Source: Microthyrium microscopicum (lineage: Eukaryota). From it: 44,196 nucleotides of DNA. Position numbers and translations under genes: made by a program. Numbering within the stretch: position 1 is the first letter of the stretch; each line of letters begins with the position of its first letter. Of this stretch, positions 12,590-25,792 are shown piece after piece. Where the stretch lies: assembly GCA_010405405.1 (NCBI GenBank), contig MU004233.1:11327-55522 (forward strand), given 5' to 3'. The notes under the pieces are model-generated. The model worked only from the letters and a program-made list of their open reading frames with translations, searched no databases and had not been told where the DNA came from.

Positions 12590-13739
12590 ACTTTAGTTAG
12601 ACAAGTTCTATAATCTTAACTAATAATTGCTAGGAAGTCTACGTAGGTTATAGTATAATCCTACTATTTTCTATCTTACTTTAGACTATCTTATTTTACC
12701 TTCTATTTTCGTTAAGTGTTCGTAGAGGCTATTAATACTATAATTAACTATTTATCTTCTCTTACTATTAAGGTAGTAAATAGTATAATGCTAGTCGTAT
12801 AGTATATAGTATAATTCTAGTTTACTGTAGTGTTGTAGCTATAGATGTCTTATTATATATATAGGTATATTAGTTTTATTTTTAATTAATTTATCTATAT
12901 CTAACTCTTTTTCGATAGAGTTATCTATTTATTTTTAAGTTATTATAGAATTTATATGTAGGGAAGGTAGCTCGTAGTCTTGGTTTGTATAATATTTTTA
13001 GATTAATTATAGTTTTTATAGTGTATATTATTTGTCGTTATTGTTAGAGTTGTCTACTTTGCTAGTGTCGTTATTATTAATTAAGATTATTTCGTAGTCT
13101 TTTGTAATATTGGTTTAGGAGTTATTAGGGAGATTAGGTTCATTAGTATTTAGATTATCTAGTTATATTTAGGTATATTTAATCTAATTATATTTAGATT
13201 TATATACTTACTATAAAATTATTAAAGACTTTATATTCTTCTATACTATCTAGTCTACTCTCTTCTTTGCTACTTAGCTTAACGCTACTTTTGCTATCTT
13301 TTAGTTTAGTTTCGTTACCTACGTTATTAACGTCTAATATATCTTTATATTTACTACTCTTAAGTAATTTGCTAATATTTTAAAACTCTTAGGACTTATC
13401 TATAGAAGGAGATACCTAAGAGTATATCCTTTAAGCGTAATATTATTATAGTATCGTTATAGTTAAACTTTACTTCCTTAAGTTATATAATAACCTAGTT
13501 CTACTAGTTAGTTAGACTTGCTATATATTTATTAGTTATTAGTTATCTCTTATAAGGGAGTAAGTACAATTAGTTTTCTATTACTTTATACTACGTATTT
13601 CTACGTTATTATTTATCTTACCGTTAATTATCTTTAATATAGCCTATTTAGTAGTGAATCTTTTAGGTTCCTTTTGTATTAGTACTAGTTATAACATATT
13701 AGCTAATGTTTCTATTGCTGCGTAAGAGCTACTAGACAT
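12590..13739 (-). pseudogene. RIPed gene relic, unknown product; possible chromodomain-like C-terminus
   Basis: ATG at 13739 is followed by a coding-like frame (MSSSSYAAIETLANML). Near the end it reads YSINSLYEHLTKIEGKIR*SKVR*K. Confidence 0.45.
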
Positions 13740-14479
13740 TGTATTTTACTATTGCTCTATTATTTAATAAGTAGGTTATTAATTTTTACCTATATATACC
13801 TTTGTCTAACTAGATTTACCTATTCTTATAGCTAATAATAGTAAAATAGCCTAATCTTATCTATTAATACTTATAGTTATCCTATTAACCTAGTAATATA
13901 TATTATTAAGATATTAACTAGAAATGCTATTTTTTGGGGTTATAAATTTAAATAGCTTCTATATAATATTATAACTACTAGTATTATAATTCTTATTAGG
14001 CGAATTTCCTTATCTTAAATAATTATTTTGTTTAGGTATATAACTTCTATCTATTAAAAGCGCTGCCTAAGCTATCCTTACTAAGCCTATATAGTCTTTG
14101 CTTATTATTAAAGACATTTACACTTAGGGTTATATTTAGTTATCTAGTGTACAATTTAACTTAAAGGTAAGAGTAAGAAGTATTAAGTCTATAGTAGTAT
14201 AAGGAAGTAAAGGGTTTTGCCTAGGACTATAGAAAAATAAGGAATTAAAAATGCTTATATTAAGTATATTAGTAATAGGGATAGGAGGTAGTTTTAGGAA
14301 GTTTAGCTCTATATATTCTATTAACTTTAAACTCTTAATATAGTAGTAGTAAATATATATAAGTTATTATTTTGGGTTATATATTTACTTTATAGTAGAT
14401 TAGAGTTCTATATTAAAAGTTTAGAATAAATCTTGTACCTAATATAAAGAATATTTAATTTTAGTATTCTATACTATTT

Positions 14480-17200
14480 ATATATATATTATATATAAAC
14501 TTACCTTTCTTTTATATGCGTTATTTTTAGCGCCTTAGTTATTTTAATACGTTTTCATTAGGTATTTAAATATTATCTATCTTTTAAGTAGATTAGCTAC
14601 GATAAACTATCTGTAAATCTAATAGAGGTATGCTAGATTTAGTAAACCTTTCTTTACTAATAAACCCTTTATTACTAGTTAGATACAAATTATCTTTTAT
14701 TAATATAATATTTTCTACTTCTTTCGTTATAGGCGCTAATCTAGATGCTTATTAGACTAAGTCTCGTTATATATGCTACGAATTACTAGCTATTAGATAT
14801 TCGTAATTTTGGTTATCTAATCCTAGCTAGTAACTTGCCTTATTATATTAAGTCTAATTTAAATAGGTAGACTTAGAATCTTATTAATTAGCGTTATTAA
14901 AATTTATTAACGCATTATTTGCGTCTCTAGGATATATTAACTTAGGTTTATCGTTATCTAATTCTTCATAGCCTTTATTAATAGACGATGCTATTCTTAA
15001 TAGGTTGTTATCGTTACTTATTTTAACGAACTATATAGCTTATCTAGATTGGATATTACTTATAGTACATAGATATATAATTAGTTTGGCTATAGAAAGA
15101 TCTTGCTAGTAGTCTAAGCTAAGAATAAAATTATTAATAGCTTTATAGTACTAAAGATACTTACTATATAGTACTAATTTCCTATATATACTATATAGGT
15201 ATTATATACTATAATAACGATAAAGATACTAGTCTTTTTAACTAAAACTAACTACTTCTAGTTAAGACGAAAGTCCTAGATTAGCAACTAAAAGCATACT
15301 AGCTTTATTAGCCTTAGTAATTATAGCGTTAGTTACTACTTAATTTAATTTACTAGCTATAATGGTATAAGAGTTATTATATATCTCTTTTAGTAAAGTA
15401 AAAGCGTTAGTATTAAGAACGTTAATATATATAGTAAAAAATAGCCCTAATTAAAAAGAATAAGGAATACGTTATCTAGTTTTCTTAGCCTCTTTACTAG
15501 GCTTTGTAGTTTTAAGGAACTTACTACTATTGTAAATAAGTATAACGTTTAGCATAATAGATGCCTTTTAGAGTATAGTATCTCTTAACTATATACTAAG
15601 TTTGTTTTACTCGTTAAGGCTAGTTAGTTCCTAGTTATTTAATATACTATATAGTGCCTTAATAAATTTATAGTAGCTAAAATCCTTTTAATTAGGCATC
15701 CTATTAACTTCCTTAAGTATAGTAGGAAAATATTAACTAGGATAGACTTTAAATAGAGAGCCTAGACAATCTCTCTATATTTAAAGGTCTAGGAAGAGCT
15801 AATTAATAAAGCTAGGCTACTTATATTAACCTTTAGATCTTAGAATATTAATTAAATATGCCTTATTAGCTATGTCAAAATTAGCGTGCTAAGGAGACTA
15901 GTATATATAATTAATTAAGGGAGTATTAAGTCTATAGTACTTGTAAGCATATTATTTCTTAAGGCAAAAGGTCTTACTATAAAGGATAGTCTTTATATAG
16001 TACTAGTATATAGTAGTACTACCCTATATTCTATATGCTAACTATATTTATTTAAATCTAGGCAGCTTCTATTTAGGCTTACTAAGTATTATTTACTTAA
16101 CTTCTATAATAAACGCCTATACTGCTAATTCTGCCACAATTTTAAGGGCTTTATTAAGGTTTCCGTTTATAAGTGCTGCGCAAAAGATATTATATTAGAT
16201 AATAGAGGCTATAAAGGTAGGTTTAATAAGGTAAAGGATATTAGGGAAATTAGGTCTAGAAGGCATTTTATAGAATAATATAATAGTTTATTATAACTTA
16301 TATATAAATAAGTTAATAATTTAAATTATATAGAAATAGTCGTATATTTTATATTATAGGAATTTATCTATATTTTTGCGTCTAGACGTATATTTATTCT
16401 TATTACGTATATGCTAAACTCCTATCTACTACTAAGGCTATATTAACTTAGTCTTAGGCTCTATAGGAATAGATAGTAATTCGTATCTATTAGGTACGCC
16501 TTTTTACGCCTAGTGTAGTTAATAATAAGTTTTCTAATTTTATACTAGAGTTCTAAATAGGAGCTATCTACTAATAGTTAATCTTTATTCGTAGTATACT
16601 ATTCGTATAATTAAAATCTAATGTAGGTATTTTATTAGCTAATTAATTAATTATACGCTAAATCTAGTTTTTAGTTAGTTAGAGTCTAAGTATACTAACT
16701 AGTCCTTTAATCTATTTTAGGATCTTAGTAAGTATATTTACGTAATTATCTTACTAGCTGCTTAGCTCTTATTCTTTTATATATAACTCTAAGTTAGTAG
16801 GAAAGTATATTAAGGGCATTATAAGTACGTTAAGGAGAATAATATCTTCTAACTATATACTTTTAGCATAATTAGTTATATCTAACTTATCTTTATTAAG
16901 ATACTTATTAATAATTTATTAGGTATATTATATAAGCTATAGCGTATGATAAGGAAGTATTTCGTATATAGGTACTTTAACGTTAGCTACGTCTAGTTTA
17001 GGGAATTAGGTACTATCTAGGTTAATAACTTATTTTATCTATACTACTAAATAGGTTTACTTATCTTACTTAGGAACTTAGACTTATAGTTAGACTTCCT
17101 TACTATCTTTAAATGCTCATATAATTTCGTTAGAGTTAGCTCTAGTAAAGTAATATACTTTTTGTCGTACAATTTTACTACTATGTTTTTAACCTAATGC
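14480..17200 (-). pseudogene. RIPed gene relic with Cys/His-rich, putative zinc-binding segments
   Basis: 16821-16937 de-RIPs to AC-x2-C-x14-CD-x2-C-x2-C-x4-C, with only one TGC codon intact. ~15145-15230 de-RIPs to C-x2-C...H-x3-H. The boundary with the adjacent gene is uncertain. Confidence 0.45.
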
Positions 17201-17249
17201 TACTAGTTATATACTTTAAAGCTAAAGGTTTTAGAATATGTCTAGTTTG

Positions 17250-20200
17250 TTAATAAGAGTTTAGCTAAATGTAATAGTTGTATACTTAAACTTCTGCTAT
17301 GAAGTTAGTATATAGTTAGGTAGCATATATCGTCTTAGAGCAGCTATATCTACTTTTGGGGTAAACCTAGTATCCTTAGTCTTTAGGAATGTCTAAATAT
17401 AAGACTTAATAATATATATAATAGCTAAGAAGAATTGTTGCCTTTTCTTTATAGTTAATGCCTTATCTAGACTAATAATAGTCTAGATCTCCTTATATAT
17501 ATTAATAGCTTAAGTAATAAATTATTAATAAGGTAGCTTATGCTATATTAGTTTTATACTAGGTAGCTATATAGTAGAATCTAAAAGGTCTATTAAAAAT
17601 AGGGCGAATTGCCTATTAGATTATATTTTAGTAGCTAATATTAATGCTATAGATTTATTAGACTCTTTAGTTACTATAACTATAGGTCTATATTAAATTA
17701 GTTAAGAGATAATAGAAATATTAAGTCCTCTTAGTTTTATAGCCTCTTTATCTATTAGACGTCTAACCTTTTATAGGAAGAAATCTAGAGAGTAGTTCCT
17801 TTAAGGGTTAATAGCTCCTACTTTAGGTTGTTTTGGCAATTTTGTCTTATTTTGATATAATATATAATACTTATAAAATACTTAGCGTATATATACTTAA
17901 TAATAAAGTTCTCTAATGAACTAGGTAGTCTAAGTATATCTAAAAGAGTTATATAGAAAAGTAGCTTAGATAAAGGTAATCTTAATCTTAGTTTTTTTCT
18001 TATATTAATAAGTAGCATATAATAAATAAAGAGCTTAAGACTAAACGACTAGTTATTAAAAGGTTAAGGCTAGGTATAATAAGTTAAGGACTATAAGTAC
18101 TTAAGCAATTTTAGGTTATAGTACTAAAATTATATTGCTCTAGATAAAATATAATTATTTTAGCTAAATCGTTCTATATTGTTTTATAATAGTATATTCG
18201 TTAAGTCCTAGTTAGAAATATATCTTAGATTTTTTAAGGTTAGATTAAGCTATAGTAATATATTTACGCTATATATTACTATCTCTTGTAACTAGACTAC
18301 TAAAAATTAACTTAAGTATTTAAATATAAATAACTATAGTAGCTAAGTATCACTATTATACTACATTAGTAGCTTGTTTACAATATAAGTTAATTATTAG
18401 TAGTAGTAAATATTAGGTAGTAAGGAGAATTAGCTATAGCTATCTTTTTATAGATTTCTAGATAAAGTAGTTAACTTTAGACATAGAAAGTATCTAATAT
18501 AGGAAATGTCTTAAGACGTTAGGATTAGCATTAGTAAGCTATATCTAGTATAGATATAAGTATATACATTATAAATTTAGTTACTATAGATTACCTTAGG
18601 ATATAATATAGCATTCTTATCATTTTTTTAAAGGTCCCTATTTTATATAGACTACTTATATTAATTATAAAAGATATTAACTTAAAATTAGCGCTTAACA
18701 TAAACTCTAAACGTACTACTCTTACTAGCTTAATAGCTAGTATATACTTAGGTAGTAGCCCTCTATAACTAGTAGATAGTTATTTGTATAGATTACTTAG
18801 GTATATAGTGTTTTTTAATCTAGTTACGTTGTCATCTAGTAGGTCTAAAGTTATCTATATAGTATAAACTAAGTTGCTCTAGATGATTATATTAGAATAG
18901 TATAAGACTCTTATAAATAGTATTAAAGATTTCTTTATAAATTATATATGCTTTCTTATTTACTAGGCTAGCTTTATATGTTAGACTATTAGGCTTATAG
19001 TAAAACTTATAACTACTTACCTTATTAGTAAGAAACTATAGAAACTACTTAGGTTAAATCTTATTACTAGTATTAAGATTGCTATAATACTAAATCTAAT
19101 TTTTACTATATTCTTATTTTAATACTAGTATAATATCCTTAGTAGAGAGTTCATTACTATAAGTGTCTTAGTAAAATAGTATATCTTTATATATAAGATT
19201 AATATATAAATAGCGTAGTTTAACAAACGAAAGGTTAAAATAGTAATTTATATACTCCTAGTAGTTACTAAATCCTTAGATGGAGTTATTAGCTTTCTAT
19301 AATAGTTTGCTATTATGTAATATAAGTATAAGAATAGAATTCTTAAATATATCTAAACTTATTATTTAATCTAATAGATAGGTTATAATATTAGCTTGTT
19401 TATCTTTAGGATTTTTGGTAGTAGTATCCTTTTAGCTTAAGTTTACGCCTTAGAACCTTTTACTATAGTCTAGTATATAATCCTATAGAGATTTAAGGTA
19501 TTTGCCTTAGATTATAAAGGATATGTTAGCTAGGCCTAGCTTTAAGTCATTTTAGTTTCTTATTTCCTATTACGCTATAGCTATTATACGCGTATAATGT
19601 TTATTAAAGGGCATATACTATAGAACATTAATTAGACAAATATCCCTAATAGCTAGAAATAGAATATATTAGTGCTACTATTTAAGTTATTTTACATAAA
19701 GATGCTACTCTCTACTATAGGATATTAAATTAGGAAAATAAACGTAGATACTAAATCCTAATAATAACCTACCTCCCTAAATAGGAACCCTAAGATAGAT
19801 ATTCTTATACTTATATAGGTTTAGAATAGGCTAAATAATATTATATTCCTAATTAAAAATATAAATAGGATGTCTATATTTAATATAATTAGTTTTAAAG
19901 TACCTAAGGGACGTTAAGATATTAATCCTACCTTTATATATAGCTAGTAAAGATAAATAAAGCATAGTGCTATCTTAATTATAGACTCTACGTATATAAA
20001 TCTTATTTAGGTTTAGGACCTATAATTATTTAAGACTAAGGCGTAGCGTCTATCTCTTATTATAAAATATTAAATATTATAGTTTGCGTTAGTTCTTAGT
20101 TAATAGTATATAGGATTTATATACTTAGATAGCCTATATTATATTCTTTTCTACTATTATGCTATTTAGGAATTATAAGGGCATAAGGCTATTCTACTCT

Positions 20201-21250
20201 TTAGATATTAACCTTAAAGAATAAGTATAGTTTAGCTTAATTACGTCTACTACTAGAGAAGGTAAATCTAGTAGGGTAGATAAAGAGGATAAATAACTAC
20301 TAACTAACAGATAGCTAGTATTAGGATAGTTAAATAAATAATTATAATATTGGAATATAAAGTCGTCTATTTCTTGTAATATAAACTAGTAATCTTTAAG
20401 TAAAGGATAAGGTATTATCTAATAACGTAGGATATCTTTTTACTAAGTATTATCTTAAGTAGCTATATAAACGTTAGGATTAAGAGTATCTACTACAATG
20501 TTATTAATATAAGTTATTTCTATTAGCAGTATAGACTATAACTTATTACTATAGGATTCTTTATTATTACTATATTAGAGCAAGGAGATATCTAGGCTAT
20601 CTATATATTTAGTAGAGTATAAAGATTTATTATTACTACTGCTTAAGTATAACTCATCTATGTTTTTAACGTAATTTGCTACGTTATTATATAGTATATT
20701 ACCCTTAGATTATATATTATCTATATTCCCTTCCTTATAGTAATTATTACTATTATATTTATATCTTATATTATAGGTAGGTAGAGAATAAATAGTAATA
20801 GTAATAAAAGGGAGGTTATTTAGCTTAAGTATAGAGTTAGTTACTATAGCGTAACTCTATTAGTTTTAAACTACGTCTAGGAAGTTACTTAATATCATCT
20901 AAACTTAAGGTAGTAAGATAGGTAGAAAGGTTAGAAAATTAAATATAACCTCTTATAATCTAGTTAGAGTTAGTTATAATATAACTACTAGAGGTATACT
21001 TTAATTATACCTAAATAGCCTTAATTATATTCTATGTCGTTACCTACCCTTAGGGCTTAGGATAATAATATCTAGGTTTTAAGCTTATATAGTAGTAGCT
21101 ACTACCCTTTAATAAGATTGCTAATTTCTTAATAATTTGCAAAGAGGGTCTACTATAATTATAACGTTTTATTCTATTAAACGTAATAAAATTTAGATAA
21201 GCCTTAGTACTATCTAGTATTATATTTAGGTAAAGATATTTAGTATATAT
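17250..21250 (-). pseudogene. RIPed long gene relic resembling an uncharacterised fungal protein family
   Basis: Long coding-like frames with de-RIP motifs IYLG...IYVYFPNL...W...LFPAI...LQxxP, L..LW..I, AGL...Y...KEIF...PF...LEQL, FGVRVERR and LGL...YG.IW. The resemblance to fungal hypothetical proteins is from memory, not from a search. It contains the listed 66-aa ORF. Confidence 0.6.
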
Positions 21251-21366
21251 ATAATAGTATAGATAAGGTTAGGATAGTATGCAAAATTAATGTCTTAGAG
21301 AATATTAGTTTACGTAATAAGTATTAATTATAGAATAAGTATAGGTAGTTTAGAGTTTAAGTAGCA

Positions 21367-21432
21367 TTAGTATAGGGTTAGTATAGGGTTAGTGTAGGGT
21401 TAGTATAGGGTTAGTATAAGGTTAGTATAGAG
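21367..21432 (+). repeat. 11-bp telomere-like tandem repeat (TTAGTATAGGG, ~6 copies)
   Basis: Direct reading: ttagtataggg ttagtataggg ttagtgtaggg ttagtataggg ttagtataagg ttagtatagag. Confidence 0.9.
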
Positions 21433-21553
21433 TAATATAAAGAGATCTCTATAAAGTATAGCCTTAAAATTCTATACTATATAGCGGCTTTAGAGTTAAC
21501 TTTACTAAACCTTTACTATTATTAAAAGGGTTTAATTATATTAGTTAAAGAGG

Positions 21554-21719
21554 AACCTAAAAACTATAGCCTAGGAATTTATTACTATATAGTAGTTATA
21601 TAGTTAACTTTATATTTTATAGTATTTAAAATATATATATACTCTATAGTTTAAGAGATACCTAAAAACTATAGCCTAAGAATTTATTACTATATAGTAG
21701 TTATATAGTTAACTTTATT
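21554..21719 (+). repeat. Two ~60-bp direct repeats about 106 bp apart, each starting with the shared motif
   Basis: CCTAAAAACTATAGCCTARGAATTTATTACTATATAGTAGTTATATAGTTAACTTTAT occurs twice. Confidence 0.85.
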
Positions 21720-21879
21720 AATACCTAGTATATATTTTACTAATAACGCTAAGTATAATAAAGTAAGGATAGGTCTTTTACTAGTAGTATATAGTAGAAT
21801 AATAACCCTAATAGGGAAGTAAGTATATTAGTTAAGATATTAAGAGGAACTTATAAGATATAGATAAGTCTTTTATTAT

Positions 21880-24540
21880 TCTAAATAGCTTTGTTTACCT
21901 TAATTTTGCGTTCTATCTTATTGCTTATTCTATCTTGCTACTTATATTAGGGTTAATAGTAACTTCTTTATCCTATACTAGCTTATATATAGCAATTGTT
22001 ACTAAGTAAAATATACTAATCGTTCTTATAGGTAGCAAGCTAGATTATATTACTTATAACTATATCTAAGGTAGAGAAGGTAAATATAGTAGTAGAGGAC
22101 GTAGTAGCTACGAAGGAGGAGGACGTAGTAGCTATAGCAATACTAGGCTAAGATTAAGTTCTATAGAAAACTTCTTTATCTCTAAATCATAGTTACTTAT
22201 AAGAGCCTATAGTTAAATTATACTTTATACTAGAATAGGGTATTAAGAGTGAATAGGTAGCTTTCTCTACTACTAGCTAGTCTTTCCTAACCTATACTAA
22301 GTAACTAGGGTTAATAGCAACTTCTTTATCCTATACTAGCTTATATATAGTAATTATTACTAAACTAGGCTAAGATTAAGTTCTATAGAAAACTTGCTTT
22401 ATCTCTAAATTATAGTTACCTATAAGGAGCTTATAGTTAAAATATACTTTATGCCTTATAATGCTAGAATAGGGTATTAGGAGTATTTTTATTTAAGTAG
22501 ATAGGTAGGCTATGTTAGTAATAGTGAATTAGTCTTAGTAGAACTTCTAGAAGTAGAATATTAAAGGATAGCTTCTTCCTTAGCAATAGTAGAGTTAACA
22601 CTATAGCTATTATACTTTTTAAGATAACTTTATTAATATTATGCGTATCTTTTAGGACAACTTTATTAATGTTATGCTTATATAACTCTAGATAACTATC
22701 TCTTTTAAGATGCTACTGTTATTCTAATACTTAGCTTATTCTAGTCTAATTATATAGTATTAAGTATACTTATTACCCCTTATAGAAAGTCTAAGTCGTT
22801 AGATATACTATAAATACTTAAAGGAATAGCTTATAAGTAAGTACTATAGTTAATAAGAGGCAATTAAAATAACTAGAAGTTAGGAAACTACTATCTACTC
22901 TCTTCTATACTATTAGCTAGTCCTTCTTAACTCGTGCTAAGAGACTAGGGTTAATAGTAACTTCCTTATCCTATACTAGCTTATATATAGTAATTGCTAC
23001 TAAAGTAGATTAAGCTATAGCTATTAGTTTTTTTAATATATCTTTAATAAGAAGCTATATCTATAATAATAGAATATATCTATAATAATAGGATGTATTA
23101 CTAATAATAGAAACTAGTAATAGTAAGAAATTATATTATTAATAAGAGGATAATCTTTAGTTAGGAATATATATATATTAATAAGAAAAGTATATTAGGT
23201 TAAGAAGAGAATAAGCTATCCTCTATAGTAGATAAGCTCTCTACTAATATTATGCTTTATAAGAAGGATAGTTAGAAATATTTTATAGAGTTTTTAGATA
23301 AAAGCTACTATGCTAGGCCTCTAAGTTAAAGTCACTTTTTAAGCTACTATGAAGGATAATTAAACTAATTAGTTATTATATTGCTTTACTATATTAGTTA
23401 GGAAGAATATTAGGTAAGTTATTAGTATAGAAAATAGCCTAAGTATTTATAAGGATAAAGGCGCTATAATCTAAAGAGTTTTATTAATAACTACTCTCTA
23501 CTCTCTTAAATATCTATTTACTCTTGTCCTAAGTATTACTTAACTTATATTAAAGTATTTCTTTAGCTAAAGTAAGAATAGGTCCTTTGCTAGTAAATAA
23601 GGAGTTATACTAACGTACTTAACGTTATTAGGGAAGGATAGTTAGTAGGGTCTAGTAACTACCTTAATAAATTAGAATAAAGAGTTTATAAACACTAAGA
23701 AGATTCTTTCTACTAATTTTTTAGCGCTTTATTTAGTAGGTAATCTTTTTAATACTATCTTATTATTATATCTTATAGAACTAATAGGTATTGAGTATAT
23801 AATATTATAGAATATTATCTTTAATTAGGGTTCCTACTATTTTTATCTATTTAGTGAGTTTAGACTTAGCCTTTTTGTAAAGCTTAGTAAGGAAGCTATT
23901 AATAATTTCGTTATTAAGCTAATTAAGCAGTTTAAGAGTTTAAAGGTCTTTAATAGTAATTAGAGTTCTACTAATATTTAACTATAGTATCTACTATTAG
24001 AACTGCTCTTTATAAGGTAGGTAGTGCTAAAGCTACTCCTAAGCGTATTACTCCTACTAATAACTATAAGATTAGTAGTTAGTTTGTGCTTAAATTTATA
24101 ACGAGATTAAGTAAATAAAGTATCTACGTTAACTAGTTATACTTATTAACTACTAAAAGCAAACTACTCCTTAAAGTACTTCTACTACTAAGCGCTAAGA
24201 TTAAACTATGGAGTTTGCTAAGTTTTATAAGTTTAAAAATCGTTAAATTATAATTTAGACTAGTAATTTACCTAGTATAATAACGTTAATCTAGTAGGCT
24301 CTATCTAGTAAACATTAGACTAGTTATTTAATATCTTAAAATAGTATTAAACTAGATTACTATATATAACTAGGCCTACAAAAGAGGTTAGTAATTATAT
24401 AAAGGATTATACCTTTATTAAAACTTTCTTACGCAGAGTTAAAGATATATATCTTAAGCTTTATTTAGGATATTTTATAATTTATACAAACTATTAGAGT
24501 AGTATATACATTTCTAAGAAATTTAACTTGTTTCTATATA
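21880..24540 (-). pseudogene. RIPed spliced gene relic (one or two genes), low-complexity product with internal repeats
   Basis: Candidate intron at 24376-24432 (GTAAGA...CTAAC...TAG). A ~58-bp module recurs near 21948, 22307 and 22946 (de-RIP ~AVHEPVQDEEVAIDP). A ~110-bp module recurs near 22142 and 22365. Confidence 0.5.
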
Positions 24541-24570
24541 TTATCCTCTATTCTATTTTTAATACTAAAT

Positions 24571-24925
24571 ATTAGGTTAGCGTAGGGTTAGTATAGAGTT
24601 AGCCTAGGTTAGTATATAGTTTAAATACTAGCCTAGGGTTTAAATATTAGCCTAGGATTTAAATATTAGCCTACCTATATATAGGGTTAGCTTAGGGTTA
24701 GCCTAGGGTTATCCTAGAGTTAGCCTAGGTTTAAATGCTAGCTTAGGGTTTAAATATTAGCCTAGGGTTTAAATATTGGCTTGCCTATATATAGGGTTAG
24801 CTTAGGATTAGCCTAGGGTTAGCCTAGGTTTAAATGCTAGCCTAGGGTTTAAATATTAGCCTACCTATATATAGAGTTAGCCTAAGGTTAGCCTAGGGTT
24901 AGCCTAGGGTTAGCTAGGGGTTTAG
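24571..24925 (+). repeat. Compound telomere-like array of TAGGGTTAGCC (11 bp) and TAGCCTAGGGTTTAAATAT (19 bp) units
   Basis: The two unit types alternate in higher-order blocks separated by CCTATATATAG (three times). Confidence 0.88.
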
Positions 24926-25199
24926 AGTACTAGAAGTTTAATCTAGTTAACTTTTTAAGTATAGTTTATTAAATAATACTATTAATATTATATACGTTAT
25001 TATTATTTATGCTTATACTAGTATTATTTCTATATATATTCTTAATCTATTTATATCTTAATTATAATTATTACTATAGCAAGTTATTATATTCTTATTA
25101 TTATAAGTTAGTATTAGTAGAAGAGAGTTATATTAGTAGCAAATATAATAAAGAAGTTGAATATTAAATTTATTAATCTTAATTTAAATCTATCTATTT

Positions 25200-25792
25200 A
25201 CTTTAGTATTTAAAGTATAAATGTTGTCCTATAATTTAACTTAAATTGTAATAACTATTAGTCGTTAGAGTTATAACTCTAATTAATCTTTATTAGAACT
25301 TAAACCCTCTAAGTCTATATTATTCTCTAAGTCTAAGTCGTCCTTATTTAACGTATCTAAGTACTTAAGACCTTTATTACTATTATTATTATTACTATTA
25401 ATATTATTACTATTATTATTATTATTGTTATTATTAGTTATAAAACGTTAGGAAGGTTAACTATATATATATAGAATTATAAACGTTTAGATAAAGTTAT
25501 ATAGCTAGTCTATATTATTAGGATTAAAATCTTTCTATAATTTAATGTCCTATACTATTATATTAGCTAGTATTAGCTCTAGTAAGATTATTAATTATAA
25601 AGGGTTATAAAATCTAAGCAATTCTTTAAGGCGTACATTTAGTTTAGCTTATATTTACTCTTTTGTTAATTCTTCTATTTACTCTTCTATTTACTCTTCT
25701 ATTATTTTATATAGGTAGTAGGCTTTACGTAAAGAACTTATAAGGCTTATAATAATAGATATTATAGATATAGATTAAGTATTAGTAGATAT
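25200..25792 (-). pseudogene. Small RIPed gene relic with Glu-rich segment and an Asp/Asn homopolymer
   Basis: Frame reads SLRKAYYLYKIIEE*IEE*IEELTKE*I*AKLNVRLKELLRF. The in-frame (AAT)n tract at ~25375-25437 is likely former poly-Asp. Confidence 0.45.

Noticed and set aside
17818..18018. Listed 66-aa ORF as a standalone gene
   Set aside because: It lies within the larger RIPed relic and has RIP-skewed I/L/Y/K composition. It is probably a stop-free fragment of that gene.
24571..24925. True telomere tract
   Set aside because: The units are 11 and 19 bp, internal to the window, and not (TTAGGG)n.
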